DNA of 64,000 nucleotides from Hormiphora californensis (lineage: Eukaryota > Animalia > Ctenophora): contig CM035354.1 of the NCBI GenBank assembly GCA_020137815.1, positions 4,526,001-4,590,000 of the forward strand. The letters are read 5' to 3'. Both the position numbers and the translations under genes were made by a program. Positions 40,744-53,483 of this stretch are shown here, piece after piece. Position 1 is the first letter of the stretch. Every line of letters begins with the position of its first letter. The notes below the pieces were generated by a model. That model was not told the DNA's origin, did no database searches, and saw only the letters and a list, made by a program, of their open reading frames with translations.

Positions 40744-40861
40744 TAATAAATGATTGGTAAAATCAGAATCTCTGCAACACGATAAAGTAAAACGTTTCTT
40801 CTGACTGAGAGTAGTAATTGTACATTGTACAACTCAACTCAAATTTGGGCACGTAGCACCC

Positions 40862-41520
40862 TTGGTGACATAGACACCGTGCGCGACCAAGATTGAGCTC
40901 ACACACAGGTGTCTGCTCCGCCTCAAAAAGGGTCGTTTCTTTCAAGAGATGTTGCACGCGATCCACTCGACCGATTTGCATCCGGTTTGTTGCAAAAGAC
41001 TACAAATGATCCTAATATACTGGAAAATACCCGAGAAGTTTGTCTGTCAACAGGAAGTGGGTCAAAATTGACACTAGAGTCAAACCTATAATCTGGCTTC
41101 CGAGAGTTTCTGCACTACGCCCATGCGATTTAGAAGATATTGGGAGATATGTTGATGCAATTAGCATCAGCTAATAATGCCGGGTATTTTCCAGTACTCA
41201 CAAGAGTTCAACCTATCTTCTAATACCCTCAGATTCATTCTACACCGTCTGGGAGTGGTGCAAAAAGGCTCGGAAGCCAGATTATAGATTTGACTTCAGT
41301 GTCAATTTTGACCCACTTCCTGTTGACAGACAAACTTCTCGGGTATTTTCCAGTAATCTAGGACCAATTTCTAGTCTTTTGCGACAAACCGGATGCAAAT
41401 CGGTCCAGTGGATCACGTGCAATTTGGCTTGAAAGACACGACCCTTTTTTAGGGGGCGGAGCGGACACCTATGTGCGAGCTCGATCTCGCGTCGCACGCA
41501 ATAGGTGTCAATGTCACCAA
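40862..41520. mobile_element. Foldback / Mutator-like non-autonomous element with 9-bp TSD
   Basis: gtagcaccc directly duplicated at 40853-40861 and 41521-41529; ~240-bp imperfect TIRs starting ttggtgacat / atgtcaccaa. Confidence 0.88.
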
Positions 41521-41660
41521 GTAGCACCCCTCTGTGTTCACTGAACAGTGTTCACGGCCAAAACTGAACTGTATTTAACAAACATTGCTTGGAATCCAAT
41601 AATCCATGATAAATCCAAGATTGAGTACTACTCAAGTTCATAGTTTGAAGGAATTGTCTA

Positions 41661-44600
41661 TCAGAAGCCGTTGCCGCTTCTCAGATGATGATTAGACGGT
41701 TTATATCTCATAAAGAAGAATCCAGTCATATTCAGAAGCATGAAAGATGCCAGAAGAAGAAAGTAGTTGTCAATTTTCCCGTGGTTTAGATTGTTGCAGA
41801 TCCAAGGGTCGCCAACATTCGTAGATATCGTCTTAACCAGTACCAATAGGAGGATCTGAAGGGGAGGTGCTGTTAAAAAGAGGGAGAGGGAGGATCTGAG
41901 GCCGAGGGAGGTAGGGATCACACACGCGGTGACATTGAGTACACGTACAACTGTGACGTAGATCTTTAATTTGTCATCAAGAAAGTGATACCTATCTTTA
42001 GATTCTAGTGCAGTGGTAGTGGGAGTCTATTGCAGTATAACTAGCAGCTTTGGGAGTCTACAAGAGAGAATATGTCGCTACCGATGAGGTAGCGTCTCTG
42101 AAAATTGTTTTCCTCCCCCTGTCAATTGTTATATTATGTCAGCCTTGTGGAGCATTCTGCATTATAGCCATTTAAATCTAGCTTGCAGTCACCCCATCCT
42201 TCTGACAATGCACATAATGCCAGTTTAAACCAATATCAATCGGGTATTGGCACAAAAGCACATACGTCTTGGTCTAATCGGTCTTTACCGATAATCTTTT
42301 TCTTTGCAGATTTAAATGGTCCTGCTGCAACTGACAGATCGTTTCTTATGAGAGAAAACAGGGTACAGAACATTTTAACTCTAGCTAGAATTTTTAATGG
42401 GATTTATCGATTTAGATACGTACGTCTTTAGCTTCAGTGCCAGGAGGTATTTATATTTGTCTAGACATAAACTGCGAAATCAGTAATACTGCTGATATTG
42501 TATGCTGCATTGTGATCTTTAACCAGGGGTAGTAAATAACGCTACGTTATTTCAAGAGAGTGACTTTAACAGCACTGCAATTATGCAATGTTGATCGTTC
42601 TCGAAGGTGCCTTACCAAAGTTTTAATGTGCGGTACCACGAGCAAAGTGGGGTGACAAACCACATACACATGTTTAATACCACGTACTACGTAGTGGCAC
42701 GTACCGCTTTGCCTGGCTAGTCTGTGTTTCGTAAAAGGAGGGTTAGAACATAACAACGTACCGCTAGTGTCTCTCCTAGGGCAGTTACAAGGAAGAACAA
42801 GCCCATGGCAAAACTTTTGAGATAGGGAGGTGCCTCAATGTAGACAAACTCCATCGCAGCAATAACCGCCAACACCTATAATAACACGGGGAAATAGATG
42901 AGATATAGGCTATATATCATATAGCAATAACCGCCAACACCTATAACACGGGGGAATGGATGAGATATAGCCAAAACCTCTACTTTTATTCCTGAACCGT
43001 AGAATCTATCTAACCCAACCGGGGAGGGAAATCAATAATATCACCTGCCCTGCTGCCCAGTTCCCAATATATCACCTGCCCTGCTGCCCAGTTCCCAATA
43101 TATCACCTGCCCTGCTGCCCAATTCGCCAGATATCACCTGCCCTGCTGCCCAATTCCAAAGATATCATCTGCCCTGCTGCCCAATTCCCCAGATATCACC
43201 TGCCCCGCTGCCCAATTCCCAAGATATCACCTACCCTGCTGCCCAATTCCCCAGATACCACCTGCCCTGCTGCCCAATTCCCCAGATATCACCTACCCTG
43301 CTGCCCAATTCCCAAGATATCACCTTCCCTGCTGCCCAATTCCCCAGATATCACCTACCCTGCTGCCCAATTCTCCAGATATCACCTACCCTGCTGCCAA
43401 ATTCCCCATATATCACCTACCCTGTTGCCCAATTCCCAAGATATCACCTGCCCTGCTGCCCAATTCCCAAGATATCAGCTAATCTGCTGCCCAGTTCCCC
43501 AGATATCACCTGCCCTGCTGCCCAATTCCCCAGATATCACCTGCCCTGCTGCCCAATTCCCAAGATATCACCTGCCCTGCTGCCCAATTCCCCAGATATC
43601 ACCTACCCTGCTGCCCAATTCCCAAGATATCACCTGCCCTGCTGCCCAATTCCCCAGATATCACCTAGCCCTGCTGCCCAATTCCCCAGATATCACCTAC
43701 CCTGCTGCCCAATTCCCCAGATATCACCTACCCTGCTGCCCAATTCCCCAGATATCACCTTGCCCTGCTGCCTAATTCCCAGATATCACCTACCCTGCTG
43801 CCCAATTCCCAGATATCACCTGCCCTGCTGCCCAATTCCCCAGATATCACCTGCCCTGCTGCCCAATTCCCAGATATCACCTACCCTGCTGCCAAATTCC
43901 CCAGATATCACCTACCCTGCTGCCCAATTCCCAAGATATCACCTACCCTGCTGCCTAATTCCCCAGATATCACCTACCCTGCTGCCCAATTCCCAGATAT
44001 GCCTAATTCCCAAGATATCACCTACCCTGCTGCACTGCCTAATTCCCCAGATATCACCTGCCCTGCCGCCTAATTCCTAAGATATCACCTGCCCTGCTGC
44101 CCAATTCCCCAGATATCACCTGCCCTGCTGCCTAATTCCCAAGATATCACCTGACCTGCTGCCTAATTCCCCAGATATCACCTGCCCTGCTGCCTAATTC
44201 CCCTGATATCACCTTGCCCTGCTGCCCAATTCCCAAGATATCACCTACCCTGCTGCCTAATTCCCCAGATATCACCTGCCCTCCTGCCTAATTCCCCAGA
44301 TATCACCTGCCCTGCTGCCCAATTCCCCAGATATCACCTGCCCTGCTGCCCAATTCCCAAGATATCACCTGCCCTGCTGCCCAATTCCCCAGATATCACC
44401 TGCCCTGCTGCCCAATTCCCCAGATATCACCTGCCCTGCTGCCCAATTCCCCAGATATCACCTGCCCTGCTGCCCAATTCCCCAGATATCACCTGCCCTG
44501 CTGCCAAATTCCCCAGATATCACCTGCCCTGCTGCACTGCCTAATTCCCCAGATATCACCTGCCCTGCCGCCTAATTCCTAAGATATCACCTGCCCTGCT

Positions 44601-47600
44601 GCCCAATTCCCCAGATATCACCTGCCCTACTGCCTAATTCCCAAGATATCACCTGACCTGCTGCCTAATTCCCCAGATATCACCTGCCCTGCTGCCTAAT
44701 TCCCCTGATATCACCTTGCCCTGCTGCCCAATTCCAAGAGGATCATCTGCCCTGCTGCCCAATTCCCAAGATATCACCTGCCCTCGCTGCCCAATTCCCA
44801 AGATATCACCTGACCCGCTGCCCAATTCCCCAGATATCACCTACCCTGCTGCCCAATTCCCCAGATATCACCTACCCTGCTGCCCAATTCCCAAGATATC
44901 ACCTGCCCTGCTGCCCAATTCCCCAGATATCACCTGCCCTGCTGCCCAATTCCCCAGATATCACCTGCCCTGCTGCCCAATTCCCAGGATATAACCTGCC
45001 CTGCTGCCCAATTCCCCAGATATCACGTGCCCTGTTGCCCAATTCCCCAGATATCACCTGCCCTGCTGCCCAATTCCCCTGATATCACCTGCCCTGCTTC
45101 TCAATTACCAGATACCACCTGCCCTGCTACCTAATTCCCAAGATATCACCTACTCTGTTGCCCAATTCCCCTGATATCACCTACCCTGCTGCCAAATTCT
45201 CCAGATATCACCTACCCTGCTGCCTAATTCCCCAGATATCACCTACTCTGCTGCCCAATTCCCCTGATACCACATACCTCGCTGCCCAATTCCCCTAATA
45301 TCACCTGCCCTGCTGCCTAATTCCCCAGATATCACCTACCCTGCTGCCTAATTCCCCAGATATCACCTACCCTGCTACCTAATTCCCAAGATATCACCCT
45401 GCCCTGCTGCCCAATTCCCCTGATATCACCTACCTCGCTAAGTGTTACGAAGAAGATCTGAGGCAACAACCAGACGAGAGCATCTGAAATGTTAACCGTT
45501 AGTTTATTCTGAATTCAGATGATGAAAATGAAGTGTTAGTATGTGCTATTTCCGTGGGGAAAGGTCGAGATTTAGAATTGTTGGCTTCTGATTGGTTCGC
45601 ACGCCCAGGCCGATAAATTCCCCAAACTTGGTGCTTACTGCTTTTATTATATAATAGACAATCATTCCCTACTGTTACAATAGACTAGGTAATCGACAAT
45701 CATTCGCTACTGTTATAAAACCTTACTAGGTAACTGTTCGGGTGACTCAGCAGGGATTTTAATGAACCCCCTAACTGCCAACTAGGCGGGGAATTGAAAT
45801 GAGATAGTCGGCTCTCATATTAAATTCAAAATGGCACGAAAATATATTGTAGTTGTTCGGGGTCTGTATATTATATCGCTGCCAGCCCTCCTTTTGATTC
45901 TCAAAACGCTGCATGCTCAGGATGGGTAGTCAGACAGCTTAAATTATAAAGATAAATCGGGGATAAATCTAAAGGTTTAATCGGGTCGGCGCCAGATAAA
46001 GATTAAATAAAGCTCTGGTGAATTCATAATCATGATAGATCTAAAGGTGTAACTAACTTGGTTCATTGACAACATAGGTTGTGTAGTTGTGGGCGTGATC
46101 CTTGTCTGAGTTGAAGTAGTGGACTGGAGTGGGACTCCACACACCATGAGGGTCCGTCATCTCTCGTTCAAGAGTTCCTACAACCTAATAAAGGTGTGAA
46201 AAGATACAATTTTACTCTGATGTGACAGCTTTCACTGTGTTGCCTGCCGCGGAGCTAAAAAATCTTGTTATCAATGTCTGACAACATGGTTCAGAACACG
46301 CCGCGAGACTCTAACCGATCTCCGTACAATTTTACTCCTCCGTTTATTAATTTTAGGGAAATAAAGACATGTTAATGCTAGAATTTAATGGTAGCAGGTA
46401 TGTATGTTTGGTACCGATAACAGATCGGGTTGTGCATGTATAAGGTATATTAACATGTACTACAACTGTTTACTGTGAACATGGGACTTGTCACCCAAAA
46501 TATGTGTATTTACAGCACTCGACTCATACAGTTCACGGTCATCCTGTATATAATAGTATGACATCTGTAGCACACATACCGCAGCACAACAGAGTGAAAT
46601 AGCAGCCAGAGCAAAGCCCATCATCATACGGGTGAAGTAGTTAATTTCCCAGTTCATTTTCCGTCGCAGGTAGGGGAAGCCCCAGTTAAGAAGGGGCACC
46701 TAGAGAGGACAGGGCAGGTTAATATGGCAAAGCTAAGGTTTCCTGCCCCCTCACCCCGTTTCCTGGCAGTTGATATCGTTTCATAGCCCTTTAATTTACT
46801 CGGGTAGGTCAGTAATCACTAATAAGGTAGCCAGTATCTTGGTACACTTGTACAACCATTACTCGTTCGTTACGTTGCAGTTCGTTTCACTTTTGCTTGT
46901 CTCAGACACCAATAAGGGCTCTTCCCCTCACTAAAATGCAACTTAAATCCGTCTCAAATACCCATTTCCAGCACACATGACCTCCCAGTTACCACTGAAC
47001 TGTCTCTCGGGCCTGGCCTAGTCTCATCACTAAATTACAGCCACATTCATGGCCAATATTTGGAATTACGCATTTAATTCAATTTGGGAAACTTTGTACT
47101 TTGCCATTACGTGTTTGATAAAGGAGCACTAACAAGTCACAGAGCAGAATTCTATTCATTACTCGTTCGTTACGTTGCAGTTCGTTTCACTTTTGCTTGT
47201 CTCAGACACCAATAAGGGCTCTTCCCCTCACTAAAATGCAACTTAAATCCGTCTCAAATACCCATTTCCAGCACACATGACCTCCCAGTTACCACTGAAC
47301 TGTCTCTCGGGCCTGGCCTAGTCTCATCACTAAATTACAGCCACATTCATGGCCAATATTTGGAATTACGCATTTAATTCAATTTGGGAAACTTTGTACT
47401 TTGCCATTACGTGTTTGATAAAGGAGCACTAACAAGTCACAGAGCAGAATTCTATTCATTACTCGTTCGTTACGTTGCAGTTCGTTTCACTTTTGCTTGT
47501 CTCAGACACCAATAAGGGCTCTTCCCCTCACTAAAATGCAACTTAAATCCGTCTCAAATACCCATTTCCAGCACACATGACCTCCCAGTTACCACTGAAC

Positions 47601-49648
47601 TGTCTCTCGGGCCTGGCCTAGTCTCATCACTAAATTACAGCCACATTCATGGCCAATATTTGGAATTACGCATTTAATTCAATTTGGGAAACTTTGTACT
47701 TTGCCATTACGTGTTTGATAAAGGAGCACTAACAAGTCACAGAGCAGAATTCTATTCATTACTCGTTCGTTACGTTGCAGTTCGTTTCACTTTTGCTTGT
47801 CTCAGACACCAATAAGGGCTCTTCCCCTCACTAAAATGCAACTTAAATCCGTCTCAAATACCCATTTCCAGCACACATGACCTCCCAGTTACCACTGAAC
47901 TGTCTCTCGGGCCTGGCCTAGTCTCATCACTAAATTACAGCCACATTCATGGCCAATATTTGGAATTACGCATTTAATTCAATTTGGGAAACTTTGTACT
48001 TTGCCATTACGTGTTTGATAAAGGAGCACTAACAAGTCACAGAGCAGAATTCTATTCATTACTCGTTCGTTACGTTGCAGTTCGTTTCACTTTTGCTTGT
48101 CTCAGACACCAATAAGGGCTCTTCCCCTCACTAAAATGCAACTTAAATCCGTCTCAAATACCCATTTCCAGCACACATGACCTCCCAGTTACCACTGAAC
48201 TGTCTCTCGGGCCTGGCCTAGTCTCATCACTAAATTACAGCCACATTCATGGCCAATATTTGGAATTACGCATTTAATTCAATTTGGGAAACTTTGTACT
48301 TTGCCATTACGTGTTTGATAAAGGAGCACTAACAAGTCACAGAGCAGAATTCTATTCATTACTCGTTCGTTACGTTGCAGTTCGTTTCACTTTTGCTTGT
48401 CTCAGACACCAATAAGGGCTCTTCCCCTCACTAAAATGCAACTTAAATCCGTCTCAAATACCCATTTCCAGCACACATGACCTCCCAGTTACCACTGAAC
48501 TGTCTCTCGGGCCTGGCCTAGTCTCATCACTAAATTACAGCCACATTCATGGCCAATATTGACCAAAACTTTGGAATTACGCATTTAATTCAATTTGGGA
48601 AACTTTGTACTTTGCCATTACGTGTTTGATAAAGGAGCACTAACAAGTCACAGAGCAGAATTCTATTCATTACTCGTTCGTTACGTTGCAGTTCGTTTCA
48701 CTTTTGCTTGTCTCAGACACCAATAAGGGCTCTTCCCCTCACTAAAATGCAACTTAAATCCGTCTCAAATACCCATTTCCAGCACACATGACCTCCCAGT
48801 TACCACTGAACTGTCTCTCGGGCCTGGCCTAGTCTCATCACTAAATTACAGCCACATTCATGGCCAATATTACCCACCGCCCCACCCCCACCCGCCCTCC
48901 CCCACCCACCTCTCCCAATATAGCGGACATTGCTATACACCACACTACAGAGACAATCCTTGTGTTTTGGTGCACTAAGTCGCTTATCGCGTGTAACAAC
49001 TAACAATTAATGTTCTTATCTGTCCCAGCTACATAGTATTCTAGAACATTTTACAGTCTATTGGTGCTACATTCAGTCCTACCCCTTATCTGTGTTTAAT
49101 CGTTTTTGTTTATCTTCATCTCCACTGGAAATGCATACACCTCTCATCTCATCATCAACAACATCACGGTACCAATCATCCATCAAAATTCTGTAAGTTC
49201 ACCTGTCCGTATTGTCTGTTCACAGATTGTGTAAAGTTTATATTGTGAATGTAATTGACTATTCAAAACACGGTAAACATCGGGATTCCAGACCCAAACT
49301 CAAGACATTCTCAAAGGCAAAACGTTACCTAGTTCCAGACAAAACTAAACTCAAGACACTCTCAAAGGCCAAACGTTACCTTGATCCAGACTAAACCAAA
49401 CTCAAGACTATCTCAAAGGCAAAACGTTACCTTTTTCCAGACTCAGAAGCTGACAGGACAAAAAGCTTGCGTGAGAGTGCCCGAATACAGACCACAAACA
49501 GTTAGAATATCAGAGAAATTTTGTTTGATTTTGGTGTAATTTTGAGCGTGATATTTTAACTACTATCTTTCATACAGACCACAGACTTTATGACAGGTTG
49601 CAACACCGTTCTGTCGTGCGGCAGAGTTTGGTACGCTATAACCTAGAG

Positions 49649-49695
<47 letters not shown>

Positions 49696-52600
49696 TACAA
49701 CTCACCAAAAACAATATCATAATTGGATTGATGACGTTGACAATAGAGAGAGGTATACTGATACCATGGTCCGGATTGATTAGGTAGAACCCCTGAATGT
49801 AGTACATAGACTGGAACTGAAACATAGTAATATAGGGTAAACTGTGGCTATTCGGTCCACGGGGCAAAGCGGTCCATGTATGGGGCAATTCGGTACTTAG
49901 AATAACGTGTGTCTATTGTAAAGGAAGTTTGATATTGATCGACCCTGTAACATAAAATCTAAACATATGGAGTTTTAGTGATGTACCTGTGAATAGCAGG
50001 TCCAATAGATGAGCATGGTGAAAAGTGGCGGGAAGAGCCCGAACAAGTTTAGGAAAGCATCCACTTCCTCCGCGCCCCAATTGACACCTCCAGTTGCCTT
50101 TAACATGCCAATCTTAACATGTCGAGGCTGATCCCTTATTTGATAGTACAACCTTCCCAGCTCCTTAGCTATCTCAAAGTAGGTTTTGAAGGTATCTTGG
50201 GCTTGTTTCGCCTTCACAAACTCCCGGGATCCACAAATCAGGAGTAGGAAACAAATCAAAGAACAGACGGGGGACACCAGAGTACTAAAGACATACTCAG
50301 GAGGCTTTGAGCGGGGTGTCTGGAGGAATGAAACAGCAAACGCAGCAATACTTCCAATGTTGGTTAAAATGTAGAAGGCGTGGTAGTACCGCTGAGGAAA
50401 GGAAACGGGATTACAATTTATTGCACTAGGCACTAAAACTCGTTCAAGGTTAGAAAGATTTAAAACGGCAAAATTCATCTGGTATAAAAAGTGGGCAGTG
50501 TCGTATAAAGCATCATTTCAGTGAATAGTGATGGTAGTACTCACTACTCTGAATTGCATCTATAACTACCTGGAGGGTTTCAATGCCAGCACCTCGGATC
50601 TGATCAGCACCAAACGGGGCTATGTTTGGTTTGCACAGACCATATCCCAGAGAGATAAAGAGGAAACTAGCCATCAGTAACACCTGTAGATAAAATGTAA
50701 TGCTTTACACGGCTGCTTGCAGTCAGAATACGGTAATGGAAAACGGAGACACTGTATGAAGGCGCGCAACCGTGGCCAATCGGCGCGTTAGTACGTGCTG
50801 ACAAAAAGTACTTTTAACAGATTGTTGACAAAAGCCCTTGCGCGTTACGCAAATTCCGCGCAGATTACTGTATTTTGTATTACCGTATTCTGACTGCAAG
50901 CAGCACTGTTAGTTTAGTTTTATTTAGTTTTATTTAGTTTTTCTTGCCAAGCTCGGGTTTGAACAAAACAAGTTTTTCTAAAGCTAATCGGTACGTATGC
51001 CCTAAAACTACCAAACTAACCCATTTTGTGACATCACCCTGTATGGGATTTAGTTTCCACTCCTCACACAACCATGTACTGTTTGGTGTGTGGAGGTCCA
51101 CTGTGGAATCACATACGGATATCCACACGGTTCCAAAGAACAGGGTGCTTCCTATCATGTACATTACGAAGGACCACGTTAGTGTCTTGTACCGTCCTAG
51201 CCTGCAACATAGGGGGAGTTGCAGAGAGATGCAAATCAACACACCTCTACCGTGTGCGGCAAAAAAAAGCCCCCCCCCTAGACCACCATAGTTGCCGATG
51301 TGGTGGAGAGCTGTAACTTGGCAGGGTTGCTCCACTATGTCTATCTTGATCCTGACAGAAAAATCAGAGCTCTAGCTCAAAATTCATTTTTTTGATAGGA
51401 ATGAACATTGTCATTCATTCCAAGAAAAAAATATTTTCGGTCCAGAATTCAAGCAATTATCTTTGGCCATCGATTAGCTTTCCAATGTGGCCAAGATCAT
51501 CTAAATTGGGCAACCACAAGAGACACAGTGTCATCTTTCTTAAATTTAATCAGGTCATGTGATCTTCACCGAATCGTTGAGTGTTCAGTATTACGAATCG
51601 GTCTAAGTGGTAGAGAATAACGTATCACGGCTACTAATGAGGGATGACGATGCTGATTGGTCATGAGATCTGTAGCTCTTTGATAAATGTCCTCTTTCCT
51701 CGAATCACATTACCCTGTATTGGTACACATACCTCATTAGCGGCCGTGATACGAGATTCCTCTGCCCATTGGCTCGATTAGCAATCCCGGATAATCAACG
51801 ATTCGGTGAAGATCACATGACCTGACTAACTTTAAGAAACATGACACTGTGTCTCTTGTGGTTGCCCAATTTAGATGATCTTGGTCACATTGGAAAGCTA
51901 ATCGATGGCCAAAGATAATTGCTTGAATTCTGGACCGAAAATATTTTTTTCTTGGAATGAATGACAATGTTCATTCCTATCAAAAAAATGAATTTTGAGC
52001 TAGAGCTCTGATTTTTCTGTCAGGATCAAGATAGACATAGTGGAGCAACCCTGCCAAGTTACAGCTCTCCACCACATCGGCAACTATGGTGGTCTAGGGG
52101 GGGGGGGGGGCTTTTTTTTGCCGCACACGGTATATCTCCCAGTATAATAAACAAACGTGTTATTTTCCCTACTTTTACAAATTTTGCCGTCGTAAGAGAG
52201 AGAGGGTAGTTGAGCAAGCCCGATTGGATTACTTACCTGGAATCTCCCAGCCAGCCTCCAAGAATACAGCTCATTGCACTCAACATGTACAGGGCTATCA
52301 GAATAAGCACCGTAGTTACTGTACTAAAGTTGGGGGAGGGGTGTTATATTCTGGAACGGTGATTGGAAGTGAAAATTAGACGGTCCAACTTGACCCAGTC
52401 TTGACAGCTGAATCTCGTGTGAACAAGGAACGCGCGTTTCGCGCACACATCCCACTTGTCGTGTCACCGCGCCCTACTCACTCTATGTGCCCATAGGATT
52501 TGGAATCTTTGTCGCTGCAGTCACTCAGACTCTTCCCTGAAAAGGGGTCATGCTCAAGACATAATTTGAACAATTTCTACAGAAAACACAATTAAATCAT

Positions 52601-53102
52601 CTTGGTAATCCAGCACACCAACTGGGCTTGCTTTTTAAGGGGGGGGGGGATTGGTGGGTGGGGGAGGTTGTTTGATTACCTGTCATTCTGAACCATCTCT
52701 CTAGAGTGAACACAAGGTTCATTGTGATTGTGTAGTAGGCACACCGTTCCAGCACTGTTATCTAGAGAGGGGGATTCACAATAACAGTTATTCTCTCTCA
52801 CGTCCATCATCCAGGAGCCTCTAACCTCGAGGACCCTCTGGACTCCAGAGATTGGTGTTCTCCTTGCTAACATTTGTCACTAACTTTACATCGTACACAC
52901 AAACTGTAGTGGTTATGTATGCCCCACCAGACATACTACATTGTAAAACTACGGGATATTTTGTTAAACTCACCAGGCATATTAAAGCTGCGGCTTTCTT
53001 CGTGACCCGGGGCGGTGATCTCTGGTAGTATGGGAATGAAGCGAGGGGAGCTGTTACTGAACTCCGCTCTGAGACAAAACTATCATCCAGAAAACTGGTC
53101 AT
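41661..53102 (-). CDS. SLC15/POT (PTR2) proton-coupled oligopeptide transporter, about 13 exons
   Basis: Minus-strand exons encode ITVLERCAYY (ExxERxxYY-like), ILGGWLGDSRLGRYKTL, ISLGYGLCKPNIAPFGADQ, FYILTNIGS, IYWTCYSQ, FQSMYYIQG, INPIMILFLVPL, LVWLLPQIFFVTLSE, AMEFVYIEAP, NNLNHGKIDNYFLLLA. ATG at 53102, stop at 41661. Confidence 0.9.
43040..45437. repeat. ~31-bp minisatellite (about 75 units) in an SLC15 intron
   Basis: Unit atatcacctgccctgctgcccaattccccag; the array ends exactly at the SLC15 donor (tgatatcacctac|ctcgct). Confidence 0.96.
46857..48871. repeat. 300-bp tandem repeat, about 6.7 nearly identical copies
   Basis: Lines repeat with exact 300-nt period (46861, 47161, 47461, 47761, 48061, 48361); one 11-nt insertion near 48561. 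Confidence 0.97.
49288..49442 (-). repeat. ~52-bp tandem repeat (x3) containing an AG|gtaacg donor-like site
   Basis: tccagac..aaactcaagac..tctcaaagg.aaacgttacct repeated three times. Confidence 0.85.
50708..50908. mobile_element. MITE family A relative
   Basis: ta|cacggctgcttgcagtcagaatacggtaat...attaccgtattctgactgcaagcagcactg. Confidence 0.78.
51250..52130. mobile_element. TA-flanked MITE with ~330-bp near-perfect TIRs (Tc1/mariner-pogo type)
   Basis: ta|ccgtgtgcggcaaaaaaaagccc...ggcttttttttgccgcacacgg|ta; mirror ORFs MSFIPRKKYF on both strands. Confidence 0.92.
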
Positions 53103-53483
53103 CAACTATGGAAAATGTGTTTATTGTGTAACTGTAAGGTGGTAATTGACATCCACCCTCATTAGGACGTTATATGTTGGCAACAACTTGACAGATCTTG
53201 GGATAGGGGTTACAAACATTTCCTAGAGTTATAGGAAACTGGCAATACATTCAAACGTCCTGTGTGTGCGTAAAGATTAAAATTAATTAAAGATGAAACA
53301 ATTATGAACCCATAAAAAATAACGGAGGTATATCAATCAATAATACTCACAAAATCATAAAAAGTTAAATTCACACCAACACCAGCGGCAATAAAATATT
53401 CAAATAAAAACTCTTGACTCTAACCCTACTCCCTAGATTACTCACACAAGTGACTGGTTAAAGTTAGCTATCCCCTCAGATGA

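Noticed and set aside
43425-44994. Pro/Cys-rich ORFs
   Set aside because: Translations of the 31-bp minisatellite.
46857-48871. 5S rRNA, tRNA, snRNA or SL RNA gene array
   Set aside because: No recognisable conserved RNA sequence; the C/D-like boxes lack a terminal stem.
49195-49203. In-frame TGA as selenocysteine
   Set aside because: No SECIS element or selenoprotein motif recognised, and the exon itself is unverified.
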